This document shows positions 9,834 through 18,955 of a stretch of DNA of 64,000 nt, piece by piece. Location: the NCBI GenBank assembly GCA_038850275.1, contig JAWCLZ010000005.1, forward strand, positions 10,084-74,083, given 5' to 3'. The DNA comes from Methanocellales archaeon (GTDB lineage Archaea; Halobacteriota; JAWCLZ01). The notes under the pieces were generated by a model, which saw only the letters and a program-made list of their open reading frames with translations, had not been told where the DNA came from and searched no databases. Position 1 is the first letter of the stretch. The number at the start of each line of letters is the position of its first letter. The translations under genes and the position numbers were made by a program.

Positions 9834-10612
9834 TTAACCACGCTCAAATATGCCCTTATTATGTCGTAGCGATCCACTATTCCAATTAACTTGCTATTTT
9901 TAACCACTGGGATTCTCCCTATATCGTATTTTAACATTAATTCAGCTGCTTCTTTTGCAGTGCTTCCAGGTGTTACTGTATAAACTGGGGTTTTCATTAT
10001 CTTCTCAACCTTAGGGGTGAAGTTCAATTTCTTACGTTCATCTTCTTTCCCAATTCTAACATAGCCTGATTTCACAATATCAGACCTAGTGATGATGCCT
10101 ATTAATTTGTTTTTCCTTACAACTGGGAATCCTGAAATACCAAATTCAATCATATTATTCCAGATCTTGCTAATTGGCTCATCTGGGCTGCATGTTTTAA
10201 CATTCGCTGTCATTATATCTTTCACCTGTAGATTTGCAATTTTATCTAAATTTATTGCCTTAAAAATGTCCACAATACTCAGCATTCCCATGAGTACTGG
10301 ATTATGGGGTGATTCAACCACAGGCACGCGTGTGATTTCCCCCTCTATCATTGCCTTAGCAGCTGTTTCTAAGTCCATTTCAGGTGTTATCACTGGCGTT
10401 GGGTGGGTGAAGCCATTGACTGTTATATTTGACTTGGTGCTCGTGATTTTGAGGATATCTTGAATAGTTATAACGCCCTTAACTCGATTTTTCTCATCCA
10501 CAACTGGTAGAGTTCGTAAGCGATGGTCTCGCATAAGCTGCCTAGCTTTAGTTAGAAATTCATCTTCTCTGATAAATATGGGTCTCTGAGACATCACTTC
10601 TTTTATTTTCAT
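9830..10612 (-). CDS. CBS-domain-only protein (4 CBS motifs)
   Basis: RTLPVVDEKNRVKGVITIQDIL, GRIPVVKNSKLIGIVDRYDII. It overlaps the next gene by 4 nt. Confidence 0.75.
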   Translation of the reverse strand: MKIKEVMSQRPIFIREDEFLTKARQLMRDHRLRTLPVVDEKNRVKGVITIQDILKITSTKSNITVNGFTHPTPVITPEMDLETAAKAMIEGEITRVPVVESPHNPVLMGMLSIVDIFKAINLDKIANLQVKDIMTANVKTCSPDEPISKIWNNMIEFGISGFPVVRKNKLIGIITRSDIVKSGYVRIGKEDERKKLNFTPKVEKIMKTPVYTVTPGSTAKEAAELMLKYDIGRIPVVKNSKLIGIVDRYDIIRAYLSVVK

Positions 10613-10627
10613 TAAGAACTCTCCATT

Positions 10628-11209
10628 TTACAATTCATCCTTTAGCTCGTCCTTGCAGCTCTCGCAAACAAGAGTTCCATTCATTGATTCCAGCGATTCT
10701 GAAATGGCACCGCATCTCTCGCAAATTCCTTGGACAAAACTTCTTGGGCTCTCGGATAGAGGTTCTCTATTTATCTCCATCAATTCTAATAAAGTTTCAT
10801 TGAGCTCCGCAGATGCCGCAATTACATCTGTATCTGTAACGATTCCAAGGAGCTCACCTTTTTCAACCACAGGTAGTCTTCGAATATTCATTTTTACCAT
10901 CTTCTTCGCCACTTCGATTAAGCTAGAATCAGGAGATATCGTGATCAAGGGTGACTTCATTAGTCTGGCTATCTTCATCTCACTTGGCTTAATATTTGGA
11001 GCGATGATCTCCCTGACCATATCGCGCTCAGTCACGATACCAACAGGCTCTCCTTTTTTCATCACAATTACGCTGCCCACATCGTGTTTAATCATCTCCT
11101 TTGCGGCGTCTGAGGCATTTCCATTTATATCGATGGTTACAACTTTTTTAGTCATAATCTGGCTCACTGGGATGTGTCGACTTCTTCTGGTAGATGTTTT
11201 CTCAGCCAT
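10628..11209 (-). CDS. CBS-pair protein with C-terminal C4 zinc ribbon, first gene of the CBS operon
   Basis: Two CBS motifs (RRLPVVEKGELLGIVTDTDVI) are followed by CERCGAISESLESMNGTLVCESCKDE (CxxC-x16-CxxC). Confidence 0.7.
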   Translation of the reverse strand: MAEKTSTRRSRHIPVSQIMTKKVVTIDINGNASDAAKEMIKHDVGSVIVMKKGEPVGIVTERDMVREIIAPNIKPSEMKIARLMKSPLITISPDSSLIEVAKKMVKMNIRRLPVVEKGELLGIVTDTDVIAASAELNETLLELMEINREPLSESPRSFVQGICERCGAISESLESMNGTLVCESCKDELKDEL

Positions 11210-11298
11210 TTTAAACCTCTGCGCAGTTATTTAATTAGTTATTACAATTCGATGCCTTATGAATTTTTTGCGAGGGTTTTGTGAGGAAAGCAAAAGAG

Positions 11299-11739
11299 CT
11301 ATTTTGAAATCCAGAAAGGTGGAATTTCCTTGGTGTTATCAAATTGCTTAGCAGTGCTATGAGGCACCTCTATCCTTAGAGTCACAGGCTGCTCGATGGA
11401 GCCTCCGTAGAAGAGATAGTAGCTACCTGCCTCTTTAACTGAATTTCTTGAAATTAGCACTGCTCCATCGCTCTTGATCTCCAAGGCAGATAAGTCGTTG
11501 AAGCCATGTAGAGAATTAACAAGCTCTGGCTCAATCACTTTACCTCCAAGTAGCCATAGATAGAACTTGGCAAAGATACTTAGCTCATATTCCAAGTGGA
11601 TATATAAATCCGGGCCGCTGCTCTTAATGGTTATTTTTTTAAGCTTTAAAAATTTCTCGCCATTTAAAGCAAGAGCAGAATCCGTGAAATGTACAAATAT
11701 TAATATTACAACTATTATTAATATTAATTTTTTAAACAT
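11299..11739 (-). CDS. hypothetical secreted or membrane-anchored protein, 146 aa
   Basis: N-terminal signal-anchor MFKKLILIIVVILIFVHFTDSALA. No conserved domain recognised. Confidence 0.45.
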   Translation of the reverse strand: MFKKLILIIVVILIFVHFTDSALALNGEKFLKLKKITIKSSGPDLYIHLEYELSIFAKFYLWLLGGKVIEPELVNSLHGFNDLSALEIKSDGAVLISRNSVKEAGSYYLFYGGSIEQPVTLRIEVPHSTAKQFDNTKEIPPFWISK

Positions 11740-11780
11740 TTTAATTTACTTCTTAATGGAGCTCTTTATCAATTTTGTGG

Positions 11781-12035
11781 TTACTTTGCTGTTAATAAAG
11801 ACCAGATCATGAGCAATACCAGTAGCAGTAAAAAGCCCACGAAGAATATTTTTTGCCTCCTCTGCGTTCTATTGAACTCATTCTTGCATTCCTCGCTACA
11901 GTAGAGGGACTCTGGATCGACTGCTTTGCCACATACAATGCAGTGCTTATGAGGGGTTACCTTGACCATTTTCCACCTCTTCAACCGAAACGTCTTAGTA
12001 TGTATAGCACCACGTATATATGGATTCCTCTTCAA
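11781..12035 (-). CDS. small Zn-ribbon protein with C-terminal TM helix (DUF2116-like)
   Basis: HCIVCGKAVDPESLYCSEECKNEF followed by the hydrophobic tail IFFVGFLLLLVLLMIWSLL. Its 5' end overlaps the pyrH start on the opposite strand unless the internal Met at 11969 is the true start. Confidence 0.45.
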   Translation of the reverse strand: MKRNPYIRGAIHTKTFRLKRWKMVKVTPHKHCIVCGKAVDPESLYCSEECKNEFNRTQRRQKIFFVGFLLLLVLLMIWSLLTAK

Positions 12036-12731
12036 GGCGGGATTGGTCTGAAAATCGTGATATCAATCGGGGGCTCGATTATTGCTCAGGAGATAAATGC
12101 GGAGAGATTCGCTGAGTATGCAAGGGTGATTAAGAAAATTGCAAAGAAGCATAAAGTGGCAGTAGTAACAGGTGGTGGAGCTATCGCAAGAAATTATATA
12201 AATGCTGCTAGGAAATTAGGTGCTGATGAAGCAAGCTGTGATTTAATTGGCATAGAGGTAACTAGATTAAATGCTAGATTACTTATCTCAGCCCTTCATC
12301 CAGATGTCTATCCTCAGCCAGCTTTGGACTACAAAGAAGCTGAATCTGCTTTAAGCTCAAGAAGAATCGTGGTAATGGGAGGAGTTGCTCCAGGTCAAAC
12401 CACAGATGCTGTTGCTGCGATCCTAGCTGAACATCTTAAAGCAGATCTATTGGTTAATGCCACCTCAGTAGATGGTATATATAGTGCTGATCCAAGGCTT
12501 GATCCAAAAGCTAGGAAATTCGATAAATTGAGTCCAAGAGAGCTCGTGGAAATTGCTATGAAGGTTGAAATGAAAGCTGGTTCTAAATTTCCAATTGATC
12601 CCTTAGGTGCAAAGATAATTGAACGCTCAAACATCCCAACTATTGTTTTAAATGGCATCAATCCCCAGAATATTTTAGATGCAATTTTATTGAAAAAGAA
12701 AATAGGAACAGTCATTAGGAACAGTCATTAG
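12000..12731 (+). CDS. pyrH: uridylate (UMP) kinase, archaeal type
   Basis: KIVISIGGS ... VVTGGGAIARNY ... VVMGGVAPGQTTDAVAAILAEHLKADLLVNATSVDGIYSADP is a UMP kinase/amino-acid-kinase fold signature. I took the ATG at 12000; the ORF-track start at 11853 is an upstream in-frame extension. Confidence 0.85.
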   Translation: MYSTTYIWIPLQGGIGLKIVISIGGSIIAQEINAERFAEYARVIKKIAKKHKVAVVTGGGAIARNYINAARKLGADEASCDLIGIEVTRLNARLLISALHPDVYPQPALDYKEAESALSSRRIVVMGGVAPGQTTDAVAAILAEHLKADLLVNATSVDGIYSADPRLDPKARKFDKLSPRELVEIAMKVEMKAGSKFPIDPLGAKIIERSNIPTIVLNGINPQNILDAILLKKKIGTVIRNSH

Positions 12732-12741
12732 GAACAGTCAT
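12703..12741. repeat. perfect 13-bp x3 tandem repeat (taggaacagtcat) spanning the pyrH stop codon
   Basis: Three identical copies occupy 12703-12715, 12716-12728 and 12729-12741. Copies 1 and 2 encode the last residues (..GTVIRNSH) in two different frames, and copy 3 supplies the TAG stop. Confidence 0.95.
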
Positions 12742-12749
12742 CGCTAAAT

Positions 12750-15257
12750 CTATCTAATTCTTTTAATCTCCATTATCCTCCTGATGCATACCTCGGTTGT
12801 GAAGAGAGCGAGAGCAGCCACAGTAAAATAAATACTAACATCTTTCTTTTCCTTCACTACCTTGGCTCCCTTTACCTTCACATCTTCTATTAGTTTCTCT
12901 CTAATGCTGGCTTCATCGCTATATACCTTCCCCCCATAGGCAGCTATGATCTCCTCAAGGTCGCTATTGAAACCTAGTTTTTCATATTCAACTGGGTAGT
13001 TAACAGCTATGAGATACCCTGAAAGGTTGTAGAAGCCATTTTTACTGGCGTGGAAAGATGCTTGATAGCTATCTTCGCCTATTCTAGAGAGAATCAAAGG
13101 CTCGTTATCCAGCAATAGCATTGGTGTTCCCTTCGAAGTCACCTCTATATATACTTCATCCCCCAAGCGAGCATCACTTGCAGTTATCTTTGGATCTATG
13201 CCCTTTTCGGGATCCCCAATTGCATAGTTAACCACTGCAGAGATCAACTTTGAGTTATTCCCGTGGTAAACTTGAGAAGCCCATTTATTTCCATTGTCAG
13301 TGGTAAATGCAGCAACTCTACCTAAGCCAAATTGCCAGACTGTTACAATTGGATTTCCATCCTCAGTAACGATTATAGCTCTTGCACCAAATTTAGGAGT
13401 GGCGTGGTTAAAGCCAGTGATTGTAGCATTAAATCTAGTACCCTTAAGATTTTGAGCTATGAAGTGATTTGGATCGCATACACCCAAGCTGAACTCAGTT
13501 TTCTTAGTCTCCTCCTTCTTTTTCTCCTCGAAGAGCAAGCTAATAGGTGGAGCATCTTCCAAGTTGTAAAAAGCTCCATTGCCCTTAATGGCTAGTTCAG
13601 CCATTAATAAATCATCACCTGGAGCAACGTTTACACCTATTATATACAGGGAGATTCCCTTTCGAGCCATTTTCACAGCCTCCTCGACAAGCCTAGATCC
13701 ACCATCGCTCGGATAGCCATCGGTGAGCATTATCGCTATTCTCTTGCCTTGAAAAGTCTCAAGCGTCTCAGTAGCATTCTTTAAAGCTGGAAGAATATAG
13801 GTATTGGATGGACTTACTATTGGCTGCAGTCTTGAAATAATATTCTTTATCTCAGTTCTATTTTGATATTTATCCATTGGCACTATGAGGTATTGATATC
13901 GCTCAAAAGCGATCACTCCAATAGAGCTATTCAAAGGCAATTGATCTAGAACATCAGCAACATATCCCTTAATATAATCTAATACAATGCCCTCGCCATA
14001 TGGAAAACTAGTGCTCCCAGAGATATCCACTAGGAATAGTATGCCTATTTCCTCAGCTGGTCTCTCGCTAAGCCAAGGATAAACTGGTAGCAGTGCTTGA
14101 AGCACTGGAGAGCTATCATAGCCCCCGCGGTCATAAGATTGCTCTCCACCCACTACTACAAGCCCACCCCCCTCGCTTACATATTTAGAAAGTGCTTCAA
14201 CTTCAGAGGTGCGCATCTTATTAGCATGCACGTTATCAAGCACCACAGCTGAGTATATCTCAGGATATCTAAGCTCAGTGACTACATCTACCCTGTAAAG
14301 CTCGCGAAGTACTTGAGAGAGAGGGCTATCAATAGCATTGGTCACAAGCAGCACTCTAGGCTTGTCTATAGTGTTTATTGCTTTATAGAAAACATTGTTC
14401 TCAGCATAGAAATCGCTTGAATATGGCTTTATCTCAGCTTTCACTGTGTGGGAGCCAATGGTTGCGAATTTATGGGTGATGGTTATTATTTCAGTTTTAT
14501 CAACAATTTTATTGAGCTTTAATTTATCATCTATCCAAACTGTGAGGTTGCCCTTTATCTCGCTATTACCAACTTTTCTAACAACTACATCAAAAGTAGC
14601 TTCACTTCCAACTATTACCCTTTTTGCACCAGTGATGCTAACTGAGAGGTCAGCTTGACTTGGAGCTGGATTTAATTTTAAAGCATAAACACTTGTGCCC
14701 AAGGTATTTGCAGTTGAAATCGCTACATCTAAACTTCTACCGTGATTATTATTCCCATCGCTTATGAGTAAGATAGCTGCATCACTTTTTGAATTCTGCA
14801 CTATTGCATCGCCAATCGCTGATTTTGTACCTGCGATATACCTCTGGGTAACAACTGTTTTTTCCTGAAGTGCCATGGAAAGTGCTGGTATGCGCGTTCT
14901 ATCGAGAATTGCCATGCTCTCAGTTTGGTCTTCAATTATAATTACCTCTGGCTTATCATTTACGTGAACTCTTTCAATTATTATGAATGGCGAAGCAAGG
15001 GATGCAATTAAAAGGCCTATTATAATCACTCTAGAGGCAAATATAAGTTTCCTTTTCTTAGTGAAAATAGCAAGCAAAATTATAATTGGAATGAGGAGAG
15101 AAAAGATAACTGGGTAGTCAAATGCTATTGAAAAAAGTAGAGATTTCCCGCTCCCGAATAAGCTATTTATATAGTTTAATAGATCCTTAAGATAAAGATA
15201 GAAATAATCTAGGTCTATATTTATATTGAAATTGAGAAAGAGGATGGGAATATCCAT
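12750..15257 (-). CDS. large membrane-anchored von Willebrand factor A (vWA) domain protein, Bat-like
   Basis: 835 aa with N-terminal TM helices and a C-terminal TM anchor. vWA MIDAS-type motif ILFLVDISGSTS. It is the last gene of the MoxR operon. Confidence 0.7.
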   Translation of the reverse strand: MDIPILFLNFNINIDLDYFYLYLKDLLNYINSLFGSGKSLLFSIAFDYPVIFSLLIPIIILLAIFTKKRKLIFASRVIIIGLLIASLASPFIIIERVHVNDKPEVIIIEDQTESMAILDRTRIPALSMALQEKTVVTQRYIAGTKSAIGDAIVQNSKSDAAILLISDGNNNHGRSLDVAISTANTLGTSVYALKLNPAPSQADLSVSITGAKRVIVGSEATFDVVVRKVGNSEIKGNLTVWIDDKLKLNKIVDKTEIITITHKFATIGSHTVKAEIKPYSSDFYAENNVFYKAINTIDKPRVLLVTNAIDSPLSQVLRELYRVDVVTELRYPEIYSAVVLDNVHANKMRTSEVEALSKYVSEGGGLVVVGGEQSYDRGGYDSSPVLQALLPVYPWLSERPAEEIGILFLVDISGSTSFPYGEGIVLDYIKGYVADVLDQLPLNSSIGVIAFERYQYLIVPMDKYQNRTEIKNIISRLQPIVSPSNTYILPALKNATETLETFQGKRIAIMLTDGYPSDGGSRLVEEAVKMARKGISLYIIGVNVAPGDDLLMAELAIKGNGAFYNLEDAPPISLLFEEKKKEETKKTEFSLGVCDPNHFIAQNLKGTRFNATITGFNHATPKFGARAIIVTEDGNPIVTVWQFGLGRVAAFTTDNGNKWASQVYHGNNSKLISAVVNYAIGDPEKGIDPKITASDARLGDEVYIEVTSKGTPMLLLDNEPLILSRIGEDSYQASFHASKNGFYNLSGYLIAVNYPVEYEKLGFNSDLEEIIAAYGGKVYSDEASIREKLIEDVKVKGAKVVKEKKDVSIYFTVAALALFTTEVCIRRIMEIKRIR

Positions 15258-17131
15258 TAAAGTTCACCTCTGTGCTTTAAATAAATTAGCTCTAATATAA
15301 CTAGAGCTAGAACAAAGCAGAGGACATAGGGCTTTAGATTGAGTTTCTCAATCTGCTTCTCGCCAGATAGCTCTGTTTTCTTCAGAAGTGCAGCTGCTTC
15401 ACTGCTAAATTCAGAGGGTGAAAGATTGGATTCATGTTCATCAAGTAAATTCGCAGAGATCTTGCGATCGCCAATTGAATATATTCCAACTTCATTTAGA
15501 AGCAAATTCTTGGTCTCAATAGTTTTAGCACCAGCTTGAGATTCAAAGGTAACGATTTGTTCACTTGAAAATGGCAATATTTCCCCTGTTTTAAAATTGA
15601 AGTCCATTAAATTAGGAGTGGCACTGACCCAGTCGATTAACTGAAGCCAGAAAACTGGATAGTTGGTTTTTAAATAGAAATCCCCTGAGATTACATCTCC
15701 AAATGCGCAGTTGGTTCCAAGATAGATAACTCTACCAAGTCCTTTAACCCAATATGCAACTATGGGCGTGCCATCTCTAAGGGCACTTGCTATGACAATT
15801 GAATTATTTTTTGCTCTAGCATTGAAGTAATTATTGACCCAGCCGAAGTCAATATCGCGGCTGAATTCATTCTCTAGATCTACCACGATGCTGGAGGAAT
15901 TATTGCTCAGTCCTATTATTTCAACTGGTAAAAGCTCATTAATTCCTAGCTTGGGCAAATCTTGCGTTGCAAGGACAACTAAGTTACCCCCGCCTTCCAC
16001 GTAACTCTTTAAGTCAGCGAGCGTGCCTGGTAATAAAGAATTTTGCTTTACATTGGAAAGCACCACTAAATCTTGGTCAAATTTAGGGAGCACAGGTGGT
16101 GTGGCGTTGATTAGCTTTGTATTTGGGAGAACTGAAATTGCAATATGCAAAGGAGAAGTTATATTCTCGCTTATTACAAGCACCCTTCGATTTTTAACTT
16201 GAGGTATGCTAATATAAAGTATATTATCAATAGGTAAGTCATCTTCACCCTCGACTTCTAAATTGATTTTCAAAACCCCCCCTTTTTGAGTAATATTAGT
16301 TAATGTGAAGAAATCACTGCTATATGCTGGGATAATTCTTTTATCACTACTTTGAAATCGATCGTTTAAGTAAACATATATTGTTACTCTCTTTTCCTCT
16401 GCTGCGAAGTTTTTCACTACAAATGAGAGCTCGCTATCTTTAAACTTAGTGCTTATGATACCAACATTTTTAGGATTGGTATCGCTTGCTACTTGCACAT
16501 ATTCCACTTCTATGTTCTTGCTGGCTATGATTTTCTCAGCAATCAAGGGAGATAAGCCCTCCCAGCCTGCGAAATCCGAGATTACCACTATCCTACCCCT
16601 CTCTTTCCCGATCAATCCCTTGGCAAGTAAAATTGCATCGCCAAGGTTTGCTGAAGTTGCACTTGGCTGAAGCTGATCTAAAACCAAGTTTGCATCTCTC
16701 GCTCCCCCTCTTTCGAATATTAAAACAGGTGTATTCATTGCCAAAATTATGCTAACCCTGCCTTGTGTATATTGCTTGGCAAGGTCTATTGCTTGAGCAA
16801 ATCTACTTGGCTTGACATCCTTTGCCTGCATACTAGCACTAGCGTCTAGAACTATAACTGTATGGTCAAAGCCCGCTGCTGCAGCGTAGATGTAAGGCCC
16901 AGCAAGTGCAATGCTAAGTGCTGCTAGAGCAAATAGCTGAATCAATAGTAGTGGTTCAGCGATGAGCTTTCTTAAAATAGAGTGATATTTTTTCTCTTTT
17001 TTCTCAGTATACATTATGAACATAAGCGATGGGATCTTGATCTCTCTAGGCTTTGGCTTTATTAGATATAGTATTATAACTGGGATTAGACTTGCAAGTG
17101 CTATTAAGAATAGAGAGTTCTCAAATTGCAT
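15257..17131 (-). CDS. membrane vWA-domain protein (BatA-like)
   Basis: 624 aa. Two N-terminal TM helices are followed by vWA with MIDAS motif TVIVLDASASMQ. C-terminal TM anchor. Confidence 0.7.
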   Translation of the reverse strand: MQFENSLFLIALASLIPVIILYLIKPKPREIKIPSLMFIMYTEKKEKKYHSILRKLIAEPLLLIQLFALAALSIALAGPYIYAAAAGFDHTVIVLDASASMQAKDVKPSRFAQAIDLAKQYTQGRVSIILAMNTPVLIFERGGARDANLVLDQLQPSATSANLGDAILLAKGLIGKERGRIVVISDFAGWEGLSPLIAEKIIASKNIEVEYVQVASDTNPKNVGIISTKFKDSELSFVVKNFAAEEKRVTIYVYLNDRFQSSDKRIIPAYSSDFFTLTNITQKGGVLKINLEVEGEDDLPIDNILYISIPQVKNRRVLVISENITSPLHIAISVLPNTKLINATPPVLPKFDQDLVVLSNVKQNSLLPGTLADLKSYVEGGGNLVVLATQDLPKLGINELLPVEIIGLSNNSSSIVVDLENEFSRDIDFGWVNNYFNARAKNNSIVIASALRDGTPIVAYWVKGLGRVIYLGTNCAFGDVISGDFYLKTNYPVFWLQLIDWVSATPNLMDFNFKTGEILPFSSEQIVTFESQAGAKTIETKNLLLNEVGIYSIGDRKISANLLDEHESNLSPSEFSSEAAALLKKTELSGEKQIEKLNLKPYVLCFVLALVILELIYLKHRGEL

Positions 17132-17998
17132 TTACCTCGCCACCATTACCTCGAGGAAGGCATCGAATATTGGTTTATCAGTTCGAAAACTGTAAAATTC
17201 AGCTCCAACTCTATCGCAAGTTGCAGCAATGGCGTGGATATGCTCTTGAAGCCTTTTGAGGTATTCCTCCTTAAACCTAGGGCTGATGTAGGTTTTAATG
17301 TGCTTGGCTGTCTCTAGATCATAAAGCTTGACATCCCCCTCTAATTCAACATCCCACTCTTGCTTATCAAGCACTTGCACGAGAATTAACTCATGGTTTG
17401 AGAGGCGGTATATAGCAGCGTTTATTGATTCAATTTTATCTAAGAAATCAGATATCACTATCACCAGCGATTTAGAGGTAATTACCTTGATGTATTCCTC
17501 AATGCATCTAGCTAGATTTGTCTTTCCAGCTAGTTTTAAATTATTGAGGTAGTCGATCATTCCCATTAAATAAGCAGTACCTCGCTTGGTTGGCATTATA
17601 TTTACATCCTCGGAAAAAGTGGATATCCCAAATTTCTCATTCTCCTTAGTTACGATGTATGCAAATCCAGTGGCTAGCATTGCAGCATAGTCAAATTTTG
17701 AGAGGCTCCCGCTTTTGAATTCCATACTCTTGCTTGCATCAAGCAAGATATGCGCGGTTAAGCTTTTCTCCTCTTCATACTGCCTTATATAGAGCTTCTC
17801 TGTTCTAGCATATAGCCGCCAGTCAATGGTTTTAATGTCATCGCCGGGCATGTATTCACGATATCCAACTATTCCTATACCCTTACCATAGCGTATTGAT
17901 CTCCTAGCCCCAGCGTAAACTGTTGAAACTCGCTTTCTCATTAGGAAACTAAATCTATCTAATTCTTCGAAGAAATCAGTCTCAATCAATCCTTTCAC
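17132..17998 (-). CDS. DUF58-family protein (vWA-like, MoxR partner)
   Basis: 288 aa. The IDWRLYARTEKLYIRQYEEE motif is typical of DUF58. It is translationally coupled to the moxR stop. Confidence 0.7.
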   Translation of the reverse strand: MKGLIETDFFEELDRFSFLMRKRVSTVYAGARRSIRYGKGIGIVGYREYMPGDDIKTIDWRLYARTEKLYIRQYEEEKSLTAHILLDASKSMEFKSGSLSKFDYAAMLATGFAYIVTKENEKFGISTFSEDVNIMPTKRGTAYLMGMIDYLNNLKLAGKTNLARCIEEYIKVITSKSLVIVISDFLDKIESINAAIYRLSNHELILVQVLDKQEWDVELEGDVKLYDLETAKHIKTYISPRFKEEYLKRLQEHIHAIAATCDRVGAEFYSFRTDKPIFDAFLEVMVAR

Positions 17999-18888
17999 CT
18001 AGCTTGCTTTAGAATTTCAGCTATCACTTGATCCTTAGTTATACCTTTTCGCTCAGCTTCAAATGTGAGAATTATTCTATGCCGGAGCACTGGGTAGGCC
18101 ATTGCATCTATATCTTCTCTACTAACGTAGTTTCTCCCGTGTATAAGTGCCCTTGCTTTTGCAGCTAGTATTAAGCCAATTGATGCTCTTGGTGAAGCAC
18201 CGTATTCAATGTGATGCTGCTTGGCATTTCTCGTAGCTGTTACAATTTTTAAAACATATTGCTTTATATCCTCTGAAATTGGTACTTCTCTTGTGAGCTG
18301 TTGAAGTGCAATTAAAGTTTCTTTTTTAATCACAGGCTTCACAGTTGGAATTACATTGCCAGTGTAGCGTTCTATAATTGCTTTTTCATCACTTGGAGAG
18401 GGATAATCTATTAGGATCTTCATCAAGAAGCGATCAAGCTGTGCTTCAGGCAGGGGATATGTGCCTTCCATTTCAATTGGATTTTGAGTTGCAAGTACAA
18501 AGAATGGTTTATCCAGCAAATGAGTTTCATTGCCAACGGTAACTTGACGCTCTTGCATGCATTCAAGCATTGCACTTTGAGTTTTAGGTGAGGCGCGATT
18601 TATCTCATCAGCTAGCACTATGTTTGCAAAAATAGGTCCTTTTTCAAATCTAAATACCTTTTTGCCATCGTGCTCCTCAACTATATAAGTACCAGTTATA
18701 TCAGAGGGCATGAGATCTGGTGTGCATTGAATTCTACTGAACTTTAAATCAGTGACCTTTGCAAGTGTGCTCACCGTTAAAGTCTTGCCCAAACCAGGGT
18801 AGCTCTCAATTAAAGCATGGCCATTGCAGAGCATGGCAATCAAGATTTGCTCGAGCACTGCCCTCTGGCCAACTATTACCTTTTCCAC
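17995..18888 (-). CDS. MoxR-family AAA+ ATPase
   Basis: Walker A GLGKTLTV and Walker B VLADEINRASPKTQSAMLECMQE, with the typical MoxR C-terminal region. Confidence 0.85.
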   Translation of the reverse strand: MEKVIVGQRAVLEQILIAMLCNGHALIESYPGLGKTLTVSTLAKVTDLKFSRIQCTPDLMPSDITGTYIVEEHDGKKVFRFEKGPIFANIVLADEINRASPKTQSAMLECMQERQVTVGNETHLLDKPFFVLATQNPIEMEGTYPLPEAQLDRFLMKILIDYPSPSDEKAIIERYTGNVIPTVKPVIKKETLIALQQLTREVPISEDIKQYVLKIVTATRNAKQHHIEYGASPRASIGLILAAKARALIHGRNYVSREDIDAMAYPVLRHRIILTFEAERKGITKDQVIAEILKQAR

Positions 18889-18955
18889 TTCATCGAATAT
18901 GGACTTAATGATCCTTCCTGCTTCTCTATATGTTTCTAAAAGCTGGTCTATATTA

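Noticed and set aside
10653-11234. 193-aa plus-strand ORF mirroring the CBS/Zn-ribbon gene
   Set aside because: It overlaps the CBS/Zn-ribbon gene along its entire length on the opposite strand. It is Ser/Ile-rich and low complexity, whereas the minus frame has clear CBS motifs.
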